Positions 1 through 33,818 of a stretch of 64,000 nt of DNA are shown here, piece by piece. Numbering within the stretch: position 1 is the first letter of the stretch; each line of letters opens with the position of its first letter. This DNA is from Hormiphora californensis (taxonomy: Eukaryota > Animalia > Ctenophora). A program made the translations under genes and the position numbers. The DNA lies in the NCBI GenBank assembly GCA_020137815.1, contig CM035353.1, positions 8,184,001 to 8,248,000 of the forward strand, read 5' to 3'. A model generated the notes under the pieces. The model searched no databases. It saw only the letters and a program-made list of their open reading frames with translations, and had not been told where the DNA came from.

Positions 1-914
1 TAACAGTCTCTCTAAAAAAGCATCATCGTCGAATCGGGATGGTTCACGTGTGCCATTGGAGCTACCACTCGGATTTTGGGATCGTGGTATCTCCGTATCT
101 CTAGCGTAGGTCGCTAACTCCATACCTGAACGTGGTTCAGTAATTGGCGATGAGGGCTGATTTAATTTGATGGGGGAATCTTTTTCTGGTGATTGGGCGG
201 ATGAAGGGCAGTTCGGGGGAGACGCAGGAGGGGCAACAATTTGCGCAAAAATATCACTTGGTGAAATTATTGCATGTGAAGTGTCACTTAACATTGCCGG
301 TGGTCCTCATAAAGACTGAGTTCAAAACTGAAGGGCGAAGGCTGAAAAACGTCGTACAGACGGTCAGTGAGCAAACTTCAAAATTCTTTTTTTGTGAATC
401 TGACGGCATCGGAAAAAAGTATCGTTTTTAAAAAGCCAAGAAAAAACTGCGCGCGCTTACACGCGCAAAACTAAACACGCGCAGTTGATATTTCAAATCA
501 TGCGTTCTTGGCGCGTTTTGAGGATCAACACGGGTTTTATCTGGGGTACCATGAGAGGGAGGGAGTCGAGCAGTACAAGACTCCAAGTGTCTGGCAGTGT
601 TATGCCAGACAGAGCTTTCTTTTAAGCCACGGTGGTTTCTATAGCTATATCCATATTCCATGACCATAACAGTGTTATTAACACAAACTAATATAAAAAA
701 AACTTCATTTATGGTTTTGGTAAGGATATACATCAAAATGGAATGGGTCACGATATAAATATCTTCATTGGTTCTGGTTATCAACAATCACTTTAGAAAA
801 CATAAGCACAATCAAAGGAAATTATAATACTGATGGTATGATAAGTTAAAGTACAAAATAGTTTTTACATGCGTATCCTTTTAAAACTGACAATCTGAAC
901 TTATTACAAACACT

Positions 915-21399
<20,485 letters not shown>

Positions 21400-21893
21400 T
21401 TGAAGAGCCTATCAATCAAACAATATCAGGGGTTAGAGACAATTTGATAATGAAGGCGGCTAAATATATTGACACTTTATACTGCCTCATAGAGAGACAG
21501 GCGGAGACATGGAAAACGGTACAAGACCGAAACAAAAACAAACACAGATCGACCAACGGTAGAATCTACCGTAGATGAGAGAGGCAGAAAAACACTCCAC
21601 TAGCTAGAGTAAGGGGTTACTCAACAACTGGGAGCAGCTTAGTGGTGAGGTAATACATTTTATCTTTTAAGTTCAACTTGATACCTGCCACGGGGGAATT
21701 TTGTTGCATATGTAATCTCTGCAAAGAAATTCAAGGCTTTGAATTTTATTCGGCATGTCCTAAACAGATTCATGGCATAATTGCAAATGTGGGGAATCAT
21801 GGGATGTAAAAAGAAGGTTTGACATTGAAGATGGTAAGTGTGCACCCGACCCTTCTTTAGTAATTCGATAATCGATTCTTTAGTAATTCGGTT

Positions 21894-23761
21894 GTTTGTT
21901 TGTTTGTTTGTTAAAGACGTCTTAGGAACCTGGGATACTGAGTTCTCCCCCTCATCTTGGTCTACTCTGATAGTATTTTCATGCTAGCCTTGATGGAAAA
22001 TATAGGGGAGACCCCAGTAACTCAGTCTTACTTCAACCGACATACACGATACCCAGTGGTACCCTTATTGGTACCGAGCACAGAGTCTGATGCGGGGGAC
22101 ATCGCTGTCCTGGGTATCGTGCCGGATCTTGAAATGTCTCCGACGTGGAGGGATTTTGGAAGAAGTGGGAATCGGGAAGAATAGAAGAGAGAGGTTGAGG
22201 AGCACATTTCTGATCTGAGAGGTCCCCATGATGACTCGAGGACAGTCGGGGAGATCAGAATGGCTATAATGGAGGATGGATGTGTGAAGGATTATCGTCC
22301 GTTGTAGTTAAGTCAAGACATAGTTCCTGTAACAGTTGGAGGGTAAGGTATATGGGAAAGGGAAGTGAACGGAGTGGATATAGTTTTCATGAATATATTA
22401 AATGGGTGGGAGCTGTGTGTGCTTGGCTGATCGTGGTAGAGGGATATGGCTGTCATTCCAGTTAACACTGCATTACAGAACCACCAGGAGATTTTGGGCT
22501 GTGGGAACCATAACCTGGGTGGTAGGAAAGGTGGCGGGCGTGGAGATAGCAGCCAGGATACGATGGATCTTATCATGGCTTCTATTTCCTTGTGAGTTGG
22601 GATGCAAGAACAGATATACTAGTACAGGACAGGAGAAAGACCTTATAATATAACATCGAGATGTAAATATATATGCCTAAGGGGGGGGGGGGGGAGGGAG
22701 TAAGGTAGGGTAGGAGAGGATGGGATGGTAGGGCGTATTGGGGTAGAACTAAAGAAAATAACAAGATTGGAAAAATAAGTAAGAGAAGTGTAAAAGTAAA
22801 AAGTACAGTCGAGTCAGTAAAAGAGTCACAAAAATTCGAGTGCGTGGAAGTCAATGGTGTGAAGGAACTTGAGAATGGGTCTGGCATCGATCTTGTGAGG
22901 AATGGGAATGTAGAAGTGGAAAAAGTGTTTGTTACGTTCTCTCCAAAGGGCTTCACAGTGACAGAGAATGTGATGGTTAGACTCCGAGTCTAAATTACAG
23001 TATCTGCAAGTGTTGTCCGATATGGCCCCTATTTTGAAAAGGAAAGATTTGAGGGGGTAACGGTTAGCTAGAAAGTTTGATAGAAGCCTTAAGTCTGATG
23101 AGTTGAGTTCGTTGAGAGTTTTAGACATATCAGAGTTAATGATGGCCGGGGCTAGCAGGTTAGTGGATTTGGAGTTTTCTAGGAGTTTCACTAGATCTGC
23201 TTGTCTGTTGAATGATCTCTGAACGGAGGATATGTGTTTCCAAACGGAGGGTGAGGTTGGGATCGATTTCATCGGCAGTGTGGACGAGTTTGCTGCTGAT
23301 TTAGCTAGTGCGTCCGCCGCTTCATTCCCATGTAGACCTATGTGGGCTCGACACCATGTTACAGTCACTTCGTGTTTTTCTGCCAGTTGGTTAAGAAGAG
23401 AGTAGGTCTTCAATGTTAAACTGCTGCGGGTTGTTACTCCGTCCAGTTGGATGACACATGAGGAACTGTCTGTGGCAAATTGCAGCGTGGACCGAGTTTG
23501 GGTGCTGGTGAGGAGGTGTTCCACAGCGTCCTGAATTGCAGCCATTTCTGCTTGCGGTACCGTGCAATCATCATTCAGTTTGATTCCACATTCCTCAGTT
23601 CTCTCATTTTGCTTGTTGAAGATGACCCAGGCGGCTCCAGTCTGCTTGTCAGTTTTGGAACCATCCGTGAATATCCATAGGTCTGCGTCGAGGATGGTTA
23701 CGGGAACAGATGGATCTGGATGTATTACTTTGAAGCTTTGGGGGGGGGGGAAGGAGGGTGG
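21894..23761 (-). mobile_element. 5'-truncated non-LTR retrotransposon with RNase H and CCHC zinc knuckle (I-group/R1-like)
   Basis: ORF 22826-23776 has RNase H motifs FTDGSK, QAEMAAI, TDS, RAHIGLHGNEAADALAK and CRYC..ESNHHILCHC. A ~0.9-kb 3' UTR ends in (AAAC)n at ~21894-21912. GTAATTCGGTT is repeated at 21883-21893 and 23762-23772 (TSD). Confidence 0.88.
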
Positions 23762-24914
23762 GTAATTCGGTTTCAAGAGATGATAAAGATAATCCGGTCA
23801 TTCCCCCCCCCCCCCCGGTCACTTTTGATATTGAAATGTTGTAGATTATAAGGCGTCTATGTAGATAGATGGAGAGCTGACATGTATTATTAATACCTCA
23901 TGAAGCAGATGCAAACTCAGAATAGTACACCCAGTACAAGTTTCTCTTTTCTCTCCCTCTCTCTCTCCACTCATTATGTCCTACATACTTGTAGTGCCAG
24001 TTTCCTCTTTTTAGTACTTCCTTATAGACCTGGGGAACAGGCCCAAAACTGCCCATACTGTGAGCTAATATGGAGTCTGGACTATACCATGGATGTTGTG
24101 ATGGTCACAGTTCACACGGTACTTCATGGTACATATTATGTACCGGAAACCGCATTGCAAAGAATTATGCCCACCTCCTGCCACCATACTGGCAGAACAT
24201 TGTAGCACTGATAACTGGTCATTGATCTGCTCTCCACGCATTTCATAGCTATGTACTGTCTCTTCCAGAGAAATCCTTTAACTTGGGGTAGGCCTGGGAG
24301 TTGAAGAACTTGCTAAATGTTGCCCCGGCCAGTTCTCAAAACTCTCTAGCATTGTGAATAACTATATTGCCCAGAACTATTATTGTCCATAACTATTGTC
24401 CTTATGCTGGTAAGGCTTCTGCATACATTTGCTTCTGACAACATACCACTGCAGAATCACCAGTATACCTGCTTGCAGCAACATTCACGGTATCATAATT
24501 GTGTTAAAACTGTCGATGCAGTGGATCATACCCAGGTATACTACCGCTGCCGCTGTTGTTTCTGCAGTTAACCACAATAACTTGCAACTTGTCGTGTTTT
24601 GGTCTCTTTTGAAAAGGTGTATTGACAATACAATTCAGGCCAGAAACCATGCTTACGAACTGAGTCGTTAGACCAATTAAATTGAATCCCGGATAAACAC
24701 ATCTCATTGGTCTTCATTTCACATATTACTTGGTGACACAGTCACCCTTACAACTCGCGTGTAGCGCGCCAAAACGAAGCCCGCATAGCGGGCTGAGTTG
24801 TGACGGCGCCACCAATCATATTACACGTGACACATGTTGTACCGCAGCTAAATTGGCCATAACGAGAAGGTCGAAAACTGTAGAATAAAAGAAACGGAGA
24901 AAGAGAGAGATGAG

Positions 24915-25054
<140 letters not shown>

Positions 25055-25198
25055 CAGCATTGCTGAAGCAGAATGGTAACAGAATTTTAATTACAACCCG
25101 TGGTAATTGCATCTCTTGTGCGTTTGTACATTTTGTTCAGTTTATGATATAAAACCTGATACATTTCTAACGACTCTCAACAATCTACATTTTTACAG

Positions 25199-26082
25199 AT
25201 GTTGTCAATACTAAATGACTCCGTTATTCTGGACCCCACCCGGACTCCTGCGGACAGTGCTGCAGTCCTAGTGTGGTTGTTATTCTGCCTCATATTCGGT
25301 CTCCTGGGCAATACCTACGTGTTAGTTGCAACCTTCAAGTACAATGCCATCAGGATAGATGATATGTCTCTTTGGTTCATCAAGGGGCTAGCTGTGGCAG
25401 ATCTAACTTCTCTTGTACTCATGGTACTACCAGTGACTCTAACAAACATAACCAAAAACACCTGGCCCCTGGGGGACTTTCTGTGTATTGTAGTAGGGTT
25501 TACCAGTCGCATACCCTTTCTAGCGAACATTATTTTAATCGTTGGGATGAATGTCAACAAGGTGTATAGGCTGTCTTATCCCCTGAGATCTCTCCATATT
25601 GCACCTGCCTCTAAAGTATTATGGGCAACAGGGACCCTCTTGTTGGCCATCATCAACCCTCTCCTTGATCTGGTGTTTAATTTTCAAGGGACCCGCATGC
25701 AGGTGCAATTCAATGCCATAGCATCAGTCTGTAGACTGGTTGGTGAGTCTAAGACAGTGGTGGTGGTCAGACTAGCACTCTACATAGTCCTCCCCTCCCT
25801 AATCCTGACCATCACTAACGGCACCCTCCTGGGTATAGCCTGCAGGAAAACCCTAGTCAGGGTGAAAAAGAGGAATATTGTGATCGTGGTGGGGGTAACA
25901 ATGCAGTTCCTAGCAGCCTTCATCCCTTATTCAGTGGTGTTATCTCTCAGATTCTACCTTCCAATTCCTGATTGGATGATCAGGGGAGCATTCTTACTGC
26001 TCTATATTTCCTGTTCTTTCAGCCCTATTGTGTATTATTTCAACAACCGTGGATTCAAGCGTTTCACTAACAGCTTTATAAG
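25199..26082 (+). CDS. Rhodopsin-class 7TM GPCR, main exon; probable short terminal exon at ~26563-26667
   Basis: TM1 GLLGN, TM2 LAVAD, ECL1 WPLGDFLC, TM6 FIPY, TM7 SPIVY. The ORF runs into an AG|GTAATT donor, and an in-frame exon follows a TTCAG near 26560. Confidence 0.85.
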
Positions 26083-26699
26083 GTAATTCAACCGTGTTAA
26101 CCATATCTGTTTAAGTACACCCCTCCCCCGCCCATTTAAAATGTAATACACTTTAGGTTTGTGTGGTTAAAGATAAGGAGGAAGCCCATCAGACCAGGGT
26201 TATTGACGGCAAGTGCAGTTATTGCAGGACCATCCTATAACCAGTTCTCTCAGCTCCCATCAGCCTTATCAACTCCGAGATCTCGTTTCAGGTGACTAGT
26301 AGTAAACAAAGTTATAAACATAATTCAACTGATGAACAGCATCCCTTGTACCTCCGGAAGATCTCTCGGGGGCGTGCCCCAGGGACGTCCCAGACGGGAT
26401 AGTTGCACCTCCCGAGACGTCAGATCCCCCAGAGGTGCAACTGCAAGGGGTGCCGTCATACCACCTTAACCACTTTACTAACCATAACCTCTTTCAGACG
26501 CCGTCATAACACCATAACCATTAACCAGTAACCACTCTACTAATCTCCATAACCCCCTTCAGACGGATACACTCACAACTAAACCTACCAACAACCAACT
26601 CAAGACTTCAAATAACAGGAACCAGTCATATACCTCTCAAGAGACTGAGATCTAACAGCATTCAATGATGTTGTTTTTAGTTTTTAGTTCTCGTTTGAC

Positions 26700-27647
26700 T
26701 GTGAATCACTGCGCTGGCAAGCGCAAAGGTGACCCCATCCATCCCCCGAAAAAAATTTCCCCCCAAAACTGACCGCTTGCTCACAGCGTATATATAGTTA
26801 TTTCATACTTTTAGCCCATTTTGGCACTTTTTGACATGCCATAACTCCCGAACCGGAAGAGCTAGGAAGCTGAAATTTTGTACTTAGAAGCTTCTTGTAG
26901 ACCTCTATCGATGGTAAAAATTTCAAGTGGCTAGCTCTTTTTGTTCAAAAGTTATAACACCACCCCCAAAACAGAAAATTCAGTGTGGGGATAACTAGGT
27001 TGATATATATATATGTATAGACGCTTTGTTACCATCCGTTTGGTCCCAGTTTGAGACGAACCAGACATCGTACGACCTTAAACCAAGCGGCATTCGACAG
27101 ATAATTGTCTCGTGCATGTACCCATCTGGGTGGCGACTCTCCATCTTACCTATGACGCGCGCAATGACGTCACGAGTGACGTCATTGCGCGAGACCGACT
27201 AATTTTTTTCAAACGCCTCTAGCACCCTGAAGACGTGTTCCGATTTCTGATTTGACGGAAAATCGTTACCGGCAAATCGTCTGAACTTTAAGATACTATA
27301 TAGCGAATTTTCGTAGCTTATCATTTTGAGCCCTTAAATCGCGTCGAAAGTCAAAAATTTGACGAAAAATTCAGCAAATTCAACGTTTTTCGAGCAAAAA
27401 CTCCCTTTCCTGACCACTGTGGTCAATGAAACTTTACAAGCTCCTTTGGGGTATTGATTCAAAATATATCGTGATGCAATTACGTCGTTACGACGTCACT
27501 AATTACGTCAAATGACGTCATTACGACGTCTAAAATACGATTTTCACAGAAATTCGTCTCGTTTCTCATATATAGCGCATCATTTCGACAATATTACATC
27601 ATGAAATAATCTCATGCTGCGATTAGAAACCAAAAAGGGACCTAAAT
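26700..27647. mobile_element. Probable non-autonomous DNA transposon remnant(s)
   Basis: CpG-rich non-coding tract with repeated TGACGTCA palindromes and the AGCTGAAATTTT / AAAATTTCAAG module seen in other MITEs here. Boundaries uncertain. Confidence 0.4.
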
Positions 27648-28017
27648 TAAGCCAAAAACTAATTGAAATTAGTTGGCGGGAAAGGTGACCCACTTACACC
27701 TTTGCCTGCTGCCGGGATCAGGGATATAAGAGGTGAATATAATGAAATAAGACAGTGAAAGAGAGTTTCATAGTGAGAGACAGAGAAAGAGAGAGAAAGA
27801 GAGATAGAGAGAGAGAGAGAGAGAGAGGGACAGAGAGAGAGAGAGAGCGAGAGAGAATGAGAGATAGCGAGAGAGAGAGAGAGAGAGAGACAGGGACAGG
27901 AAGACAGGGAGGAGAGAGAGAGGGATAGAACGAGAGTTCGTGGTGATACCCGGCAGTAGTAAAAGGTGTAAGTGGGTCACCTTTCCCGCCAACTAATTTC
28001 AATTAGTTTTTGGCTTA
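27648..28017. mobile_element. ~70-bp inverted repeats flanking a GA-rich core
   Basis: TAAGCCAAAAACTAATTGAAATTAGTTGGCGGGAAAGGTGACCCACTTACACCTTT..CCGGG is inverted at ~27948-28017. Confidence 0.75.
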
Positions 28018-28721
28018 TATTTATGATACATAGTATCATGTATGAAAATATTTACATTGTGGAAATTTTTCATTGCATTTAACAATATTTTGTAATTAAT
28101 TTGGAAAATGAAAACACACCGTGCGGACGTATAACAGTGTACGTGCGGACGGTTCGCTGCATGTGAAGGTATGTGATGGAAGCAAATATAATAGTTGTTG
28201 TTTATTTATCTGAGATCTTCACTGCATAATTCACTTCCTCTCTCTCATGGTCTCATGCAGCTTTATATTTGCTTGGGTTGTTGTGCTAGCCTCTTGCAGT
28301 CTTTATTTCTCTCATTGAAAATGCTGGATCATTTGTTAGTCTAGGCCCTATGAATCTACTCTCTTTCTTCGTTTGTATTTGTGCTTTACTGATTTACCTG
28401 ATTCACGTGTACAACTTGAGCACTGTACGAATGTACGGCATAAAATAGACTACTTCTGGTCTATAAGTCTGCAGTGTTGCACCTCTACGGCTACCTATTT
28501 ATCGGAATGGCTTTTCAAAATATGTTTTGTTTGCACCACGCCCCCCTGGTTTTCAAGATAACAAAGTGTTTCAGAAATTTTATTCTTTTAAAAAACCCTC
28601 TGTTACAACAGTGTAATTCGAGCTAAACACCATCGGCTGTCATCGTTCTGTTTAACGATATCTGCAGTTTACCCGTGTTTCTCTTCCTTCTCATTTGTTT
28701 TGCGTTTAGAGTTTCCACATC

Positions 28722-31700
28722 ATGGGGTCTGAGGAGATGTTCGATCTTGTCAAGGATCCTGGAATAGAACCACTGAACGTTGCCAGCAGAAAGAAACAAG
28801 GGGATGGAGGACTCTCCAATTGTAGTCCTCTACTGATCGCTGCTTCAATAGCTGTCGTATTTGGGGGTGCCTTTCAACTAGGATTTTCTATAGGTAAACT
28901 ATCAGGAAGCTGCCATTAACTTTGTATTTGTGAGTTGTGACATCAATTGCCCACGTACGGGAGCACGAAAAAGAGTCAAGCTTGAAACCAAGCGATATCT
29001 AATTGCAGGAAACGTTGCAAACACCCTCCCCCTAATCATCGACTTCTACAACATTGATAACAGTACGACCTTTTACCCGAGTCTATTTGTTGCGGGTAAC
29101 CCGGTAGGGGGCCTGGTTGGGGCTCTACTTGTAGGACCAATAGCAGGTGAGTCGTACATTTTACCATACATTTAGTATCAGCTAAGTATGAATGTATGAA
29201 TGTCCTTCTGTCTGGCCAATACTGAATGCTCTGAGTATTGAGTAACTTACTCAACAACTGACTGCGGTTCTCGCACGCCCATTCGAAAGAGATGACAATA
29301 GGTTCAGGCCAATGCTCTGACAGATATTCTCTCTAGACACGTTTGGAAGAAGATGGGGACTGATAGGAAATGCGCTTCCTTTCATTATTGGATGTGTACT
29401 AATGGGGTCAGCGTACCACAAAATACAGCTTGTAATGGGAAGAGTTATCGCAGGGATAGGTGTTGGTAAGTTCTGAAATTTTCAAGCCCGGTGTCCCGAT
29501 TTTTTTTCACTCCTGGAATTTTCATTTTGGGGGCTCGTTTTGCTGCAATAATTTTACTGTTTGCTGCAGTCATGGATAGGGATTTTCCAAATTTTCTACC
29601 GTCCTAAACATGATTTCATTGGAAAAATACCCCTGCAGTCCCTATAAGATTGGAATATTCCCTGGAATATTCCCGCACTGCTGCAGTCCCCTGCAGTCCC
29701 TATAAGATTGGAATATTCCCTGGAATATTCCCTACTGCAGTCCCTGCAGTTCACAGTTATCAAAATTCCTTAAAATATTCTCTCTGCTGTCCCTGCTGCA
29801 GTGCTGCAGAGATGGAATATTCCAAGAAAATTCCACTGCTGCAGTCCCTGCAGCACTGCAGCAGGGACTGCAGAGATGGAAAATTCCAAGAAAATTCCAC
29901 TGCAGAGACTGCAACAGTGACAGTAACGATCTCACCCCTTTGTAAAGCTATGGGGAAAAAAGAGAGCTATGTTAAAGTATGAATCTCTCTTTTCTTTCCC
30001 TTTCCCCCTTACTTGACTGTTGTCGGTGCACTACGCACAACTGGGGCATGCCCCAACATATTCTATCCGTCTGTTACACACTGCTGCAGCACTGCTCTGT
30101 GTGTAAGTATGAGAAATATCTTCTGCTGCAGTAGCAACTGCTGCTGCAGTGCCCTAATATTTTTTCATTTTGCTGCATAGATTTTGTTTTGCTGCAGAAT
30201 TTTTGCATTTATCTTTCCTTCATATTCCAGAAATCGGGACACTGGGTGTTCATTGAACACTGTCCAAGCTCAGACCAATTACAACCAATTGCGACATTTG
30301 TCAACTAATTGTAATTTCCAAGGAATTGGATCTGGTCTGACGAACATGTTTATTTCGGAGGTGTCCCCGGTCTCCGTCAGAGGACTCCTTGGGATGTCTT
30401 ATGGCCTTGTTCTAACGATAGGAATCTTGCTATCCTATCTTCTCTCTATGCCACAGGTACATTTCTTGGTTTGTTCAAACCCTTTTTATTTGGGCAACAC
30501 ATATCCACAGTTTCCACACGTCCAGGTGGCTTTATCGTTTCGATCAGTTCAAGCTCCAGGTAACACAGCTTCGAGCACTTTCACTTGGTTACGAAGTCAC
30601 CCATTAACACAGGGGCACGGAGGGGTAATTTCATTACCAACACTTTCACCATCATCTCTTTACAGATCAGGTGGCACTATTAAAATGTACACGTGTTTCA
30701 GATATTCACAGATGACAAAGGGTGGCGGTTGTTCTTCTGTATCCCCATCATCCCAGCAGTGATACAAAGTGTGGTCATGTTCCTAGCCCCTGATACACCG
30801 GTATACCTGGCACTGCGATACAAGGATCTCACCAAAGCTAAACAAGGTCAGTGACAAGGGTGGTATCCACCAGCCACTTCATACTCCAAAATGGTACCCA
30901 AATTGGGCAGACAAGGGTGGTATCTAGTAGTATATAGCACATGGGCAAGGTATGTCGAGGTATTATAAGTAGCACCATGTATTCGTCAAAACACTCCAGA
31001 TCTAATAACAATATCCCTTCTACCAGCCTTGTCTCGCTACCGACGTGAGTTGGTGGAGGAGGAAGTGGAGGAGCTGGTAGAGATCCAGAGATCTGCAAAA
31101 GGAAGGACAAAACGTACTATCATTGATTTGTTATCAGATCCCAGTCAGAGATTGGCATTGGTTATTGGTACAGGCCTCCACATGGCACAACAATTCAGCG
31201 CCATTAATGCGGTAATTACAAGTCTCAGTAACATCGTAGCGTCTGTGAGCGTCTCAGACCCCGGTACTTAGACCTCACGGTTTGAATTCTAGTCTGAGCA
31301 CAAAGAAGTACGCTAAGATTGGTTTGTGCCACCAGACAGGGCCACACACGAGTACAAGCTAAGATTGCGTTGAGTATGAACTGTATTTTATTCAACTGTA
31401 TTCCATTCAGGTATTGAGTTACACTCCAGAGATATTTGCTGATGCTGATGTTGGAGATCCGACAGTAGCCACAGTGATAACAGGTGCTGTTAACTGTCTA
31501 GTGACCATTATAGCAGCCCCGTTCAGCGATAAACTGGGAAGGAGGTTTATTTTAATAGGAGGGACTACTATGAGTGGTATTGCTTATGGAGCTCTTGCTA
31601 TCAGTCAGTCATGTAATGTAAGTGAGAACTGAGCTTTATCTCCTAGTGTTCTTTGTCTTTTTTAACACAGCAACTTCCCCTCCTCCCTTCACCCCATGTC

Positions 31701-32310
31701 CCTTCTTCCTCTATTACCCAACACAGGAAATGTGAGTTACATCACTTCACTTCCCCGTACAGGAGAGCACCAGTTGCAGTGGATCCTGGACTAGCTACAC
31801 CGCTATTGTATCCGTATTTCTCTTCATAGCTGGGTTCGCCAGTGGTCTTGGTAAGAGAGTGGAGCTAGTATTTTGGTGGATTATGAACTTTATTTCACTT
31901 TGATGAACCTTCATTTCAGGGTCGCTTCCGTGGTTGATGGTGAACGAACTGTTTACAACAGAGTATAGAGGGCTGGCTAACAGTATTTGTTGTAGTGTTA
32001 ATTGGATATCCAGCATTATCCTCCTTCTTACATACTCCCTTGTTAAGGTAAACACGATATTTTCAATATCACTTTTATATAAAGTACTGATTATTGGGTG
32101 ATGATGCATTATAGATGTGTTCTCAATTAACCCCCACCTTTTCAGGAGGCCCTCCACCCCTTCACATTCTTCCTCTACATGGGTGTGGTACTATTCTTCC
32201 TAGCCTTTGTCATCTTGTTTGTACCAGAGACTAGGCAGAAAACCGTGCAGGAGATAAAGGCAGAGTTAACAGTACAAGCAAAACGTTTCCCACCCCTCGT
32301 TCGACAGTGA
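28722..32310 (+). CDS. Multi-exon facilitated sugar transporter (SLC2A/GLUT family)
   Basis: Motifs FGGAFQLGF, FGRRWG, MFISEVSPVSVRGLLG, PDTP, AQQFSAINAV, DKLGRR, GSLPWLMVNELF and VPETRQKTVQEI. Stop TGA at 32308-32310. Confidence 0.92.
29487..30246. mobile_element. Intronic TIR element with internal CTGCAG-rich direct and inverted repeats
   Basis: CCCGGTGTCCCGATTT ... AAATCGGGACACTGGG termini. No TSD recognised. Confidence 0.55.
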
Positions 32311-32957
32311 CGTTGGAATACCGTAGGATGCAGACAATTTTGTATTAGTTCCGAATGTTGCACTATAAGTATTAGAGATTGGAATTCATGATTAAAATGT
32401 TGCGTTTCAATATTACCCACCATCAAGGCTGTAGTCTGTACAAGTTAGGACCTAGTCTGGTCATGTGCCATGATCTTGGGCAATTTGGAAAGAATGTGTT
32501 GCATTTTTTCCACACAGGCCACAGCCTATGATAAGGTATATTGGCGGAGGTATGGTTCAGAACGTCTTATTTTTTTCCTGGCCCCTAAGGCCTACTTACG
32601 AATATGCCCTAACCAGTGTCCAGTAGCCGGTACCCCATACCAAAATTGCCAAAACTCAGGCGTCAGGGGCATCGATTGTGGAAACCCTCAGCAACTGGGA
32701 ATCTAAAACCAATTTGGCATACGCTCCCCTTACGATTGGGCTGCGGGGTAGACGCATGAAGGGACTGGACTATGGAGACTGTGCCCAATTTAGAATTAAG
32801 TGAAAAAATTTAAAAAGATCTGAAAATTAAAAAGGGGAGAAATAATATTAATAAAAGAGGCCACATGCATCCGGCCTAACAAATTCATTTCTATAAAAAC
32901 AACGAACTAGCCATCTGGCTACACAGATAAGATCATGATAAATGTGACAGTAAAAAG

Positions 32958-33755
32958 CTAATATTTATGATAGAGGTCTGTTGTAGGCAGATCACGCCTG
33001 CTCCTTCCTCGGTATCCTCGGATCGAACAGGTAATTGACCTCACCATAGAGAATGACAGCCGAGTCCGCAGGTGCCTGATACATTCCTCATAAGAGTGGC
33101 CGGTCTTCTGGGCCTTCTTTGTGGCGAGTTGCTTCAGGAACATTTTGAATTCAGTGCCGAAACCTCCTGTTATGGACATCACTAGCGGCGTGAACGACGC
33201 TTTCTCGATTTCTGTTACTCGGTGAACATATTTCTTCTTCTTCTCTTTCTCGTGGTTGATATACGAATCAGCGATGTTCTCGGTTTCATTGGACTGGGCC
33301 CTTGAGTCAAAAACTCTTACATCAAAATAGGTACAGTCCTGTGATCCCCAGAATCCCCTGGTCGATATATCCAACCTTGCTCCATCCCCTGTCACTGTCC
33401 CCGGTGGTAGTTCCGCTCCTCCTACATTGAGCAGGTGAGGTTCGATCTTCGTGTCATAGCAAACATCTTGGAGTTCGGCGGCTAGAAAGTCCCGCACACA
33501 GTTGTGACGGTTTTGTACGAACTTTCCCATTTTGCATGACATTGAGTGAGCGATGGAGTTCTTCTCCCCACAAGCACATTCCACGGCCCGAGCTTCTCCG
33601 ACGACCGGCATGTCGTATCTGGCTGAGAGGGCATAATAGAAAAATGGAACACGACTGTGCGGGTGTACCAGTATAGTGTTGTGTTGGTACACGGAGAAGG
33701 AGGGAGAGGGACACAACAAGAGTGGCTTCACAATCCACCACTCCTGGTACACCAC
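32958..33755 (-). CDS. Second ORF: stand-alone CCHC knuckle plus restriction-like endonuclease, paralogous to the ORF1 C-terminus; start uncertain
   Basis: CACG..HSMSC, RHN, ARLD..FDVRV, EKEKKKKY, FTPLVMSITGG and LRTRLSF are colinear with the ORF1 C-terminus. No RT motifs. Confidence 0.85.
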   Translation of the reverse strand: MVYQEWWIVKPLLLCPSPSFSVYQHNTILVHPHSRVPFFYYALSARYDMPVVGEARAVECACGEKNSIAHSMSCKMGKFVQNRHNCVRDFLAAELQDVCYDTKIEPHLLNVGGAELPPGTVTGDGARLDISTRGFWGSQDCTYFDVRVFDSRAQSNETENIADSYINHEKEKKKKYVHRVTEIEKASFTPLVMSITGGFGTEFKMFLKQLATKKAQKTGHSYEECIRHLRTRLSFSMVRSITCSIRGYRGRSRRDLPTTDLYHKY

Positions 33756-33818
33756 GCACGTCCCATGCGACTTATAAACATAAATAAATAAATAAATAGT
33801 AACTAAAATCTCATCACA

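Noticed and set aside
189-787. Short ORFs at the window start
   Set aside because: No recognisable motifs. Likely the ABCC 3' UTR and a repeat remnant.
23880-24720. Coding-looking stretch with an HGFWP motif reminiscent of RNase T2 on the minus strand
   Set aside because: The frames I read have stops and I found no second catalytic motif or convincing exon structure.
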